From assembly GCA_044445605.1 (NCBI GenBank), contig JBIOEA010000009.1:2314-66313 (forward strand): a DNA stretch of 64,000 nucleotides, written 5' to 3'. Below the pieces are notes generated by a model. The model did not search any database. It was not told where the DNA came from and worked only from the letters and a program-made list of their open reading frames with translations. This DNA comes from Gammaproteobacteria bacterium. Lineage in GTDB: Bacteria; Pseudomonadota; Gammaproteobacteria; JABCZS01. Positions 9,410 through 18,013 of this stretch are shown piece by piece (position 1 is the first letter of the stretch; every line of letters begins with the position of its first letter). The translations under genes were made by a program, and so were the position numbers.

Positions 9410-10567
9410 GTGAGCTATCAAAAGCAATTATTAACAGAGCAAGTCAGGTTGCTTTATACAAAATCGCAAACAGTAACCCCCTTGAATATTGTGATCGCCA
9501 CGATTTTAGTGATAATTTTGTCTGCTGAAATACCTTTCACAGATCTATTGAAATGGTGGCTAACTATTACAGGTTGGTGTTTGATTAGGATTTTCCATAT
9601 CAGATCCGTTATTAAAAAAGGGGATTTTGATACAGATCCAAGAAAGCTACTCAACCTTTTTACGATGTCTGTCTTTATTACGGCGAACATCTGGGCTGTG
9701 CTGTTCTTAGAGTTTATGTTTGAAATTCCCGATTCTCACATTGTGTTTGTTATATTTGCGCTAGGCGGTCTGGCGGTAGGTGCTGTGGCATCAATGCTTA
9801 GCGAACCCCGCACGTTTTTTGCTTATTTATGCCCACTACTGATTCCCCCAACATTCGTATATTTATTTCAAGGCGATACGTTAGGTTTTACATTTTCCTC
9901 CATCATGCTGATATATTTTATATCGCTTGCGAGCACCTATATGCAAGGCCATCGTTTGTCGATAGATGGTTTTCAACTCCAGCTTGATAAAGATGAACTC
10001 ATTCAAAAACTTAAGCATAGCAATTTGAATTTAGCACATGCCAATGAAAAAATATTTTCACTCTCTAAAATAGATGAATTAACGCACCTTGCCAATCGTC
10101 GAGAAATGGATACTACGTTAAGCAAGGAGTGGGCGCTAGCAGTGCGATCAAAGCTGCCCATCGCCTTCATCATGTTCGATATCGATCACTTCAAAAGTTA
10201 TAATGATACATTTGGACATCAGCAGGGAGATGAATGTTTGAAAAAAATCGCTGCTGTCTTGCGGTGTAGCCTCAAACGTTCGGGGGACTGTGTCGCGCGA
10301 TATGGAGGAGAAGAGTTTGCAGCCATCCTGCCAGGTACCACCTTGGAGGGAGCCGTGGCATTGGCAAAACAAGTGCAAGCAGAAATTGCTGAGCTAAAAA
10401 TCCCTGCGACCAATTGCATTGCTAGCACTTTTGTTACCGTCAGCGCTGGCGTAGCAGGTATAACGCCTACTGAAACAGACAAAATGGCTGATATCATTTC
10501 TCGAGCAGATGCGGCGCTGTATCTCGCAAAAAATTCTGGACGCAACCGCGTGGAACAGGATGCATGA
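9410..10567 (+). CDS. Membrane-anchored GGDEF diguanylate cyclase
   Basis: N-terminal multi-TM sensor region, then a C-terminal GGDEF domain with an intact RYGGEEF active site and the DxD/HFKxxND upstream motif. Confidence 0.8.
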   Translation: MSYQKQLLTEQVRLLYTKSQTVTPLNIVIATILVIILSAEIPFTDLLKWWLTITGWCLIRIFHIRSVIKKGDFDTDPRKLLNLFTMSVFITANIWAVLFLEFMFEIPDSHIVFVIFALGGLAVGAVASMLSEPRTFFAYLCPLLIPPTFVYLFQGDTLGFTFSSIMLIYFISLASTYMQGHRLSIDGFQLQLDKDELIQKLKHSNLNLAHANEKIFSLSKIDELTHLANRREMDTTLSKEWALAVRSKLPIAFIMFDIDHFKSYNDTFGHQQGDECLKKIAAVLRCSLKRSGDCVARYGGEEFAAILPGTTLEGAVALAKQVQAEIAELKIPATNCIASTFVTVSAGVAGITPTETDKMADIISRADAALYLAKNSGRNRVEQDA

Positions 10568-10579
10568 TGGATAGTGATG

Positions 10580-12025
10580 TTAAGGACAAGGAAGGGTCGC
10601 ATAACCAATCGCTTTTGTATCACTTGAATTAGCGCCACTGAACCACATCTTGGCAACGTTCGAGCTATTTCCACCGGTGCAAAATGGATCAAAAATAACA
10701 GCGGGTGCATAAGTACGATTACTTCTCCAAGGTATGCCATCCAAAATATAGAAAATAGGATTAGCAGAATCAAGCGTCCAATGAATCCCATCTGTTGAAC
10801 TTGCATGCCCAATCCCATGTGCTGTCCTGTTTGGATTGCTGAGATCACTACCGATAGGCTGACCATTTGATCCGGAATAAAACATTTGATAAATGCCCTG
10901 TACTTTGATAACAGAAGGGTGATAAATATACTGTCCATCCCATTGGCTAATATCTCCTGAGGGAACAATAACCGGATCAGTCCCATAACGAGACCAGTTT
11001 AATCCATCGGTGCTATAAGCTAATCCAAGTTGTTCAACACTCGTACCTGGGCCTAGCCCTTCTGTCGACGTATCAAAATACATAATATAAGGATAAGACA
11101 TCGGTTGACCTGGCGTGGATGTTCCATGTGGATTATAAATAACATAACCAGGCCCATAAAGATGATAGAAGTATCCCGGAGAGATGCCTGTTACTAAAAG
11201 GGGGGTTGATGGAACTTGGATAACAGGAACAGGCGGTGTCCAAATGACGCCATCTGGTGATTCCGAAAACGCGATAGCCGATATATCCGTTAAAGGTGCC
11301 GTCGTTTCCCAGAACCACAGTTTATAATGAATGCTACCCCCACCAAATCCATGTGCATCATAGACAACAACTGGGTGTGCGCCTGTAGTAGATAAACCTA
11401 CTGATAAATGGGGTGTCCAAGTAATGCCATCATCAGAATAAGCCAAGGCTATTCCATTATTTCCCTCGTACAACATTTTATAAAAAGCACTATTATCGCC
11501 AAATTTCAGTGCGTCATAAATAACGACACTCGTGTAATATGCTGTCCCGGGATTAAAAATGGGATCAGAAGGATCCTCTGTCCATGCGGTCCAATTTATC
11601 TTTGAAATGATAGCAATTGAAAAAGGAAACTGAACACCATCAGCAGAGGGCTTAGCCCATTCATGTAATTCAGCAGAAATAGTTTGTGGTGTTGCTGGAG
11701 CATTTAACTTGAGCATTATATTGCAAGATTGTGCTGGACCCATTAGATTGCCACACGTCGAAGACAAGATAGATAATCCGCTGCCAATGGGAAAAGAGCT
11801 TTGATCAATTGCGGTTATTGGAATAGCGGAAATATTGGTTACTGTAAATGTTGCTGTTGCAGTGGTTGAGACAGTCACAGCCTCAGGAAACGGTGAACTA
11901 GCTGTGATGGAAAGCAAATGAGCAAATGCTGTGATAGGGAGCAACAAACTCATGCCAAAAATGAGTTTATTAAATATTAAGCATGTTCTTTGGAACGTCA
12001 TATTATCTCCGGTAATCTCTTTCAA
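10580..12025 (-). CDS. Secreted BNR/Asp-box repeat protein (sialidase-like beta-propeller)
   Basis: Signal peptide plus four Asp-box motifs: YSDDGITWT, SESPDGVIWT, YSTDGLNWS and SSTDGIHWT. Confidence 0.55.
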   Translation of the reverse strand: MKEITGDNMTFQRTCLIFNKLIFGMSLLLPITAFAHLLSITASSPFPEAVTVSTTATATFTVTNISAIPITAIDQSSFPIGSGLSILSSTCGNLMGPAQSCNIMLKLNAPATPQTISAELHEWAKPSADGVQFPFSIAIISKINWTAWTEDPSDPIFNPGTAYYTSVVIYDALKFGDNSAFYKMLYEGNNGIALAYSDDGITWTPHLSVGLSTTGAHPVVVYDAHGFGGGSIHYKLWFWETTAPLTDISAIAFSESPDGVIWTPPVPVIQVPSTPLLVTGISPGYFYHLYGPGYVIYNPHGTSTPGQPMSYPYIMYFDTSTEGLGPGTSVEQLGLAYSTDGLNWSRYGTDPVIVPSGDISQWDGQYIYHPSVIKVQGIYQMFYSGSNGQPIGSDLSNPNRTAHGIGHASSTDGIHWTLDSANPIFYILDGIPWRSNRTYAPAVIFDPFCTGGNSSNVAKMWFSGANSSDTKAIGYATLPCP

Positions 12026-12028
12026 GCT

Positions 12029-12787
12029 CTAAAAGAAATGGGTATAGGCAAGGTATATTTCGTTACTCGATAATTTTTCAAAATCAAGAGAATAAGGATA
12101 TTCGATACCACGTGTTTTAAATGAAACATCACCAGAATCAACGTAGCGATACCCCAGCGCAATGCGCTCAGACTGATAACCACATGCTGAGGCTAAGCAA
12201 TCAAATGCATATCCAATGCCGAACCCGAGCTGATAAGCAAAATTGTTACTCGTATGAGATTCAAAAGGTGGTAACGCGACATAGCCGGTATCATTAACAG
12301 GCGTTTCCGAATAATCGCTCAAATGATTCCAGGCAGAACCCACACCTATATTAATAAAGGGAGTAAAATTTTTAATGTTCCACGTAAACTGGGTCTCCAG
12401 TAAGAGGCGGACACTACTGATATGAAATGTGTAATGATAGAGAGTATCGCTCGAAGACCCTAGAGCGGTTTCGATCAATTGACCATTATAGTCATAATTT
12501 CCAGGCGTACCATAAATGCCTAGCCCCAATGATATTGCGGGTATGCCCCCACGTCCAGTAAATTCATAACCACCGTTTGCAGCAACAATCGTCGTAGAAG
12601 AGTGGCTTCCATCAACAGGATAAGCATCCGTTAGCCACCCGTTGTAATAATTAATGTTTGGATGAGTATTACCCAGCGCTGCTATGCTGGCACCAAGGTT
12701 CCCACCTAAATGAAAATGACCCATAGTATCTGCAAAAACAGAAGGAAAAAATGCAAATAGAAAAAATAACGAGCCCATTTGTTTCAT
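12029..12787 (-). CDS. Outer-membrane beta-barrel protein (OmpA/porin-like)
   Basis: Signal peptide MKQMGSLFFLFAFFPSVFA, alternating amphipathic strands, and the C-terminal aromatic signature ...YTHFF. The true start is probably the Met at about 12787 rather than 12934. Confidence 0.4.
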   Translation of the reverse strand: MKQMGSLFFLFAFFPSVFADTMGHFHLGGNLGASIAALGNTHPNINYYNGWLTDAYPVDGSHSSTTIVAANGGYEFTGRGGIPAISLGLGIYGTPGNYDYNGQLIETALGSSSDTLYHYTFHISSVRLLLETQFTWNIKNFTPFINIGVGSAWNHLSDYSETPVNDTGYVALPPFESHTSNNFAYQLGFGIGYAFDCLASACGYQSERIALGYRYVDSGDVSFKTRGIEYPYSLDFEKLSSNEIYLAYTHFF

Positions 12788-12902
12788 TTTTTTCAGCTTG
12801 GTATCGTGCAATTTACCTTCCCTAATAACTATTTTATCGTAATGCTGAGAGAGAATCCCAGGAAAATCATAGGACAAATAGTTACTTATTTCAAGAAGAC
12901 CT

Positions 12903-14570
12903 CTAATTAAACACCTCTCTCCACGCAAACACACGATCTTTCCAATAGGAACCGATCAATGCACTGACGGCATTAATACTCACCGCAGGATTACCCGTAC
13001 TCGCATTTGCCCACACGGTGCCATTCCAAAATGCTGCAGCGCCATTCGCACCCACTGCCCAACAGGCATCCGTTGCCATGCATTTCACGCTCAACATATT
13101 TTGCGCAGGGACTCCCGCACCCACCGTTTGAGACCAAGCCGTTCCATTCCAGTGAATAAAGACAGCATGGGTGCTCACGTTCCCGACAGCCCAACAATCA
13201 CTCGCCGTCACACAACTCACGCCATTGTATTGAACGGCAGGGATCCCCGCCACCGACCCGGATGACCATGTGCCACTGTTATAAAAAGCAATCACAGGCC
13301 CCGATCCTACTACCACACAAAACGTTGCGCTAGGGCAATCAATACCCAAAAAATTAGTCGTGTCTGCAATAGCTCCATTATTTCCAATAGCTCCTGAACT
13401 CACTCGTGACCAGGCACCTCCACTCCATGTCAATACGACTTCATACCGCAAAGAAGCAGGCGTCCCCGTCGTTAATGCATTTCCCACCGCCACACAAAAA
13501 CTGGTAGAGGGGCAATCCACAGCGTTATACGTCACACTCGGCATGGAACTGTTACTCGCATCTTGAGACCAACTCGACCCATTCCATTCCGACAAACTCG
13601 TATTCGTTGCACCCACTGCTTTGCAAAATGCCGTACCTGCACAAGACACGCCATATAACATTTGATTCACATTCGTACTGCACACAGGGCTCCATGTGCT
13701 GCCATTGTAAAAAACATAAAGTGAACGACTACTCGATGTACAACTTGATGTCGTCACGTTTCCCACGCTCCAACCATTGCTGCTATGGATAAAATCAAGA
13801 CTGTTTAATGCGTAGCTCCCAATGCCCGCAGATGGTCCCATGTTTGTCCATGTTGAACCCGCCCAATATTGAATGAGATCCCCACCGGAAACGGCACCCA
13901 CGGATTGCGGGCTCGCGAACATCACCGTTTGTTTGATCGTACGAGACGCCTTTGGGCTCGCCACGCTCGGCACGCCGCCGGTCGCCTGTAATTCACATAA
14001 TGATTGCACCACCGCAATGCCAGAGGCATGCGCAGCAGCTGTCGATCCATTAGCACCGTGCGTGACACCCAATAAACACGCTGACACGCCAGTACCACAC
14101 TGTGTCGCAGAGGTTCCTAAACTACCATAATCGATCAATTCATTTTCGATTATCACGGTGCCCATCGATGCGTATCCGCTGACACTCGTCATTGGAATCA
14201 CCGTGCTCAACGTAGTGATGGCTGCGCTCAGAGTGGCGGGTGTCGGCATATAACGGGTTCCCGTCACCGTAAATGTCCCCGCGCCTAATGCAACATTCGT
14301 ATAAGATGCGTTGCCATTCATCGCGGTGCAGGCTATTCGACTAGCGGTACCAGATGTGTTGGCCATCGGCTTGGTCTCGATCGCCGCTAACCCGGCACTT
14401 AATCCCGCTTGTGCCAAATAAAAGGCTTCTGTGGTGATGCCTTGATTGCTTGCCGATTCAGCGTTGTCTACAAAAAGATATGCAATCGTCCCCGCTATGA
14501 GCGCCATGACTGTCATGAGCATCACCGCGGCGATCAATAATGAACCTCTCTGTTTAAAACGCATCATCAT
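12903..14570 (-). CDS. MSHA-locus terminal protein: PilX_N-like anchor plus Cys-stapled tandem-repeat (propeller-like) domain, putative tip adhesin
   Basis: The N-terminus MMMRFKQRGSLLIAAVMLMTVMALIAG resembles PilX_N/MshP. There is a Thr/Ser/Ala/Gly-rich middle region. Six to seven repeats of about 44 aa follow, each with W-N-G-[ST]-x-W-S ... V-[SD]-C-x5-C-[WV]-A-V-G. The gene is GC-rich. Confidence 0.45.
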   Translation of the reverse strand: MMMRFKQRGSLLIAAVMLMTVMALIAGTIAYLFVDNAESASNQGITTEAFYLAQAGLSAGLAAIETKPMANTSGTASRIACTAMNGNASYTNVALGAGTFTVTGTRYMPTPATLSAAITTLSTVIPMTSVSGYASMGTVIIENELIDYGSLGTSATQCGTGVSACLLGVTHGANGSTAAAHASGIAVVQSLCELQATGGVPSVASPKASRTIKQTVMFASPQSVGAVSGGDLIQYWAGSTWTNMGPSAGIGSYALNSLDFIHSSNGWSVGNVTTSSCTSSSRSLYVFYNGSTWSPVCSTNVNQMLYGVSCAGTAFCKAVGATNTSLSEWNGSSWSQDASNSSMPSVTYNAVDCPSTSFCVAVGNALTTGTPASLRYEVVLTWSGGAWSRVSSGAIGNNGAIADTTNFLGIDCPSATFCVVVGSGPVIAFYNSGTWSSGSVAGIPAVQYNGVSCVTASDCWAVGNVSTHAVFIHWNGTAWSQTVGAGVPAQNMLSVKCMATDACWAVGANGAAAFWNGTVWANASTGNPAVSINAVSALIGSYWKDRVFAWREVFN

Positions 14571-14579
14571 CTCCTAAGT

Positions 14580-15065
14580 TCAGACACCATTTCTGACAGC
14601 TATCGTCGTGTAATAAATCGGTGTTGATGTCGTCCCCGCCGAATCCGTGGTTTGAAACATCACAGCCACTAATATATACCGCACCGCGGATGCCGTGCTC
14701 GTGCTCGTCCCTGTGCCATCAAAATAGGAAAATGCAAAACTCCCCAAATTACTCACGAGGCTTGTTCCATTATGGAAAACACTCGGCGCCGTGTATTGAT
14801 AATTCTGCGCATTGCCTGCTTGATCCGTAAAAACAAGATTCGAAGCAGTGATGGTCGTTAATGTGTTCGGATTAATTTGACGCATATCGCGCGTCATGCG
14901 CTCTAACGATTCACGCACATTCCAGTCCAGGCTTTCCAAATCAAACCCTAATTGCGAAGACTCAATCATTTGCGTCATTAAATAGCCGATCACTGTACTG
15001 AACAAGCTCATGAGAAAAATTACCATCACCATTTCAATCAGCGTAAAACCTGCGCGTTTGATCAC
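14580..15065 (-). CDS. Pseudopilin (MshO/GspJ-like)
   Basis: Prepilin N-terminus MIKRAG|FTLIEMVMVIFLMSLF. Confidence 0.6.
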   Translation of the reverse strand: MIKRAGFTLIEMVMVIFLMSLFSTVIGYLMTQMIESSQLGFDLESLDWNVRESLERMTRDMRQINPNTLTTITASNLVFTDQAGNAQNYQYTAPSVFHNGTSLVSNLGSFAFSYFDGTGTSTSTASAVRYILVAVMFQTTDSAGTTSTPIYYTTIAVRNGV

Positions 15066-15467
15066 TTAATAATTCCCCACCACCGTCGATAACGAAGCAC
15101 TGCCTGGTCCGGTGACATTCACCACAATCGATGTTAAATTCGCATTGCCACTCCAGCTTGAAGTGATGGTGCTAGACACGGTATATCCAAATGCAAATGC
15201 ATTTTTAGAACAAATATTGTCGGTTGCAGGCGATGCAAAAAGGCTCACACACGGATCCACAAAAGCTGAAAATCCATTTTTAATGCGCTGGCCTAACATT
15301 AAATCCATGCGCTGCTGGGCCATAAACATCGCATTCACATTGCTCGAGACAATGTTCTCCTGCCCCAAGGCCATATCAAACCCTAAAAAAACCGTTGTAC
15401 CTAAAATAGTCACGATGACCATGAAAATGACCAGCTCTATTAAGGTAAACCCTTGCTGTTTCATCAT
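15066..15467 (-). CDS. Pseudopilin (MshD/GspI-like)
   Basis: Prepilin N-terminus MMKQQG|FTLIELVIFMVIV. Confidence 0.6.
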   Translation of the reverse strand: MMKQQGFTLIELVIFMVIVTILGTTVFLGFDMALGQENIVSSNVNAMFMAQQRMDLMLGQRIKNGFSAFVDPCVSLFASPATDNICSKNAFAFGYTVSSTITSSWSGNANLTSIVVNVTGPGSASLSTVVGNY

Positions 15468-15937
15468 TGCACCTGCCCTGTGTCAGGATTAATCGTGATC
15501 GTCACTGTATTATAGCTATTGGTCAGCGTCACGCTCGCCACAGAGGCAAGTAGTGTTCCAGCATTATCTGTGTAAGGGCGGCCCAAGCCATCAAACACTA
15601 AATAGCCGTTGGGAATATTGGTCATTGTCAGCGTTACACCCGATATCAATGGAATAACGTTCGATGTGGCGTTAGGCGCAATGATCGCCGTAACACCATC
15701 TTGGAGTGTAAGCGTGTATTGGCTGCTTGAAAAATTAATGCGGCCACGTGTCGTTTGGTTTTGTGTTTGTGCTAAATATTTGATGTACCGAATATCCGAT
15801 CGCAGTTTGTTTGCTTGTTCAATGGTATCAACATTACTGGCAGGCTGAATCATTACAAATAAAACAGAGGTGATGATGATCATCACCATCACCAGTTCTA
15901 TCAACGTAAAGCCACGAGATTGTCTTAAAAAATACAT
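15464..15937 (-). CDS. Pseudopilin (MshC/GspH-like)
   Basis: Prepilin N-terminus ...QSRG|FTLIELVMVMIIIT. Confidence 0.6.
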   Translation of the reverse strand: MYFLRQSRGFTLIELVMVMIIITSVLFVMIQPASNVDTIEQANKLRSDIRYIKYLAQTQNQTTRGRINFSSSQYTLTLQDGVTAIIAPNATSNVIPLISGVTLTMTNIPNGYLVFDGLGRPYTDNAGTLLASVASVTLTNSYNTVTITINPDTGQVQ

Positions 15938-15943
15938 ATGTTT

Positions 15944-16312
15944 CTAACCAGCAATACAACCAACGATTGATGTCGTTAATGTTGTCGCCACAGTACAAGC
16001 ATTATCTGTGTACGTCAACGCGACATAGACCGTCCCATCTTTCAATGTGCATGAGATCCCTGTAGCGAGCACCGTGCATGCGTTGCCAGTTAATTCTGCA
16101 CCCAGCTGTGCGACGGTCGGTGCCGTTCCAGAATGCGCCGCGAGATAGCCCATATAGGCATCGCGCACCGCAGCGGCAGTGCGCACCTTCATGGTATTAT
16201 CACCTGTCGTCGCTAGACTCTCATATTTAGGAATCGCCACAGCGACCAAAATACCGAGCACAACCAGGAGTATCGTCAACTCAATCAATGTAAAACCGCG
16301 ATCATAGCCCAT
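15944..16312 (-). CDS. Type IVa major pilin, MshA-like (copy 2)
   Basis: MGYDRG|FTLIELTILLVVLGILVAVAIPKY plus a C-terminal Cys pair. It is paralogous to the adjacent upstream gene. Confidence 0.65.
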   Translation of the reverse strand: MGYDRGFTLIELTILLVVLGILVAVAIPKYESLATTGDNTMKVRTAAAVRDAYMGYLAAHSGTAPTVAQLGAELTGNACTVLATGISCTLKDGTVYVALTYTDNACTVATTLTTSIVGCIAG

Positions 16313-16336
16313 AAGGTTACCTCAACCAAGCAACCA

Positions 16337-16720
16337 TTAACCGCCAATGCAAGCAACCGTCTGAGTCACTGCTGTTGTGGCGACGGAGCAAGCGCTATCC
16401 GTGAAGGTCGTAGCAATGTAGACCGTACCATCTTTCAATGTGCATGAAATTCCAGTCACGACAGCTGTACATGCCGTGCCCGTCAATTCAGCTGCCAATT
16501 GGGTGACCGTCGGGGCAGTGCCACTATGCGCAGCCAGATAGCCTGCAAACGCACTGCGGACAGCGCCTGATGTCGCTGCTTTGGCAGCCGTTTCAGCAGC
16601 GGTTGTTAAATTTTCGTATTTTGGAATCGCAACGGCAACTAAGATACCCAACAGTACCATCACCATGACTAATTCTATCAATGTAAAACCTTTATTCATC
16701 ATTTTATTGAATGATTTCAT
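16337..16720 (-). CDS. Type IVa major pilin, MshB/MshA-like (copy 1)
   Basis: MKSFNKMMNKG|FTLIELVMVMVLLGILVAVAIPKY with a C-terminal Cys pair. Confidence 0.65.
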   Translation of the reverse strand: MKSFNKMMNKGFTLIELVMVMVLLGILVAVAIPKYENLTTAAETAAKAATSGAVRSAFAGYLAAHSGTAPTVTQLAAELTGTACTAVVTGISCTLKDGTVYIATTFTDSACSVATTAVTQTVACIGG

Positions 16721-16789
16721 GTGAAAGTCTCCGTTTTCAAGAAGTGAACTATACATCAAGCTTAGCTTATCTTTTCAATACCGCCACCA

Positions 16790-18013
16790 CTAATGCTTCA
16801 CAAAGTTCACCATATCCCACATCGGTAAGAATACGCCCAAAGCGAGAATACCGACCATCACACCTAAAATGCCTAGGATCAATGGCTCGAGCAACGTGGA
16901 AAGACGACCTAAATCATATTCGACTTCCTCTTCATAGAAAGCAGCAACATGCCTTAACATGGCGTCTACCTGCCCGGTTTCTTCACCCACAATCACCATC
17001 TGGATAACTAATGGCGTGAATAAGCCAGTCTGTGCAGCGCTGCGGCTGAGCGATTCGCCTCTTTCCACGTGCTCGCGCATGCTTCCAATTTTGCTTTCCA
17101 TGTAGGAATTATCCAACGCATTGGCCGATAGCGTTATCCCTTTGACAAGTGGAACCCCTGATGCCATGACCATCGCAAATGTCCTGGCAAACCGTGCCAA
17201 AACAATGCGCTCAATAATCTTCCCAATAATAGGTAAACGGATGAAAATATGACTCGACACGATAGCACCGTGCGAAGTTCGAAGAAATGAACGAAGCCAG
17301 AAAAACCCTGCGCCCGAAGCAGCCAGCAATAACAGCGCATAGTGCCGCATGAATTCCGAAATGCCAATTAAAATACGGGTAGGTAAGGGCAGCTCCGTGT
17401 GAAAACTTGCAAATATTGATGTGAATGCAGGGATCACCATGAAATTAATCGTGATAATCGCCACGACAATGCTGACAAATACGATCATTGGGTAACGAGA
17501 CACATTTTTTGCGCGGTTCATGGTTTTGGATTCCATCTCAAAAAATTGAGACAGTTCAGCAAAAGCCAAATCTAATCGTCCCGAATTTTCACCCGCGTCA
17601 ATGATACTCACGACAATCGGTGGAAATGCCTCAGCACTATTGCTAAAGGCAGTCGTCAATGTTTGTCCGCCAGTGATATCTGCAATCGCACGATGGATAG
17701 CTTTGCCCAATGGAGCTGACGAGGTTGTTTCTTCCAATCGTTGTAAGCCATTCAAAATGGGCACACCCGATTTTGTCAGCACGGCCATTTGCCTGAAAAA
17801 AATAACCATGTCTTCTTTTTTTATTCGGTCTTTTTTAAAAAAAGAATCTAGAATGCCCTGCAAGTTCTGCGCCTTTTCATCAAGCTCAACGGAAATGGGA
17901 ATTAAATTAAGACTCATTAAGTGCATGGCAACTTCTTCGTTGCTCGCGGCTATCATTTCCCCTTTTTGTAATTCGCCTTGACGGTTCTTTGCTTGATACT
18001 GATAGGTAGCCAT
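16790..18013 (-). CDS. mshG: MSHA biogenesis platform protein (GspF/PilC family)
   Basis: 407 aa with a duplicated T2SS-F domain architecture. It lies directly downstream of the ATPase. Confidence 0.8.
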   Translation of the reverse strand: MATYQYQAKNRQGELQKGEMIAASNEEVAMHLMSLNLIPISVELDEKAQNLQGILDSFFKKDRIKKEDMVIFFRQMAVLTKSGVPILNGLQRLEETTSSAPLGKAIHRAIADITGGQTLTTAFSNSAEAFPPIVVSIIDAGENSGRLDLAFAELSQFFEMESKTMNRAKNVSRYPMIVFVSIVVAIITINFMVIPAFTSIFASFHTELPLPTRILIGISEFMRHYALLLLAASGAGFFWLRSFLRTSHGAIVSSHIFIRLPIIGKIIERIVLARFARTFAMVMASGVPLVKGITLSANALDNSYMESKIGSMREHVERGESLSRSAAQTGLFTPLVIQMVIVGEETGQVDAMLRHVAAFYEEEVEYDLGRLSTLLEPLILGILGVMVGILALGVFLPMWDMVNFVKH

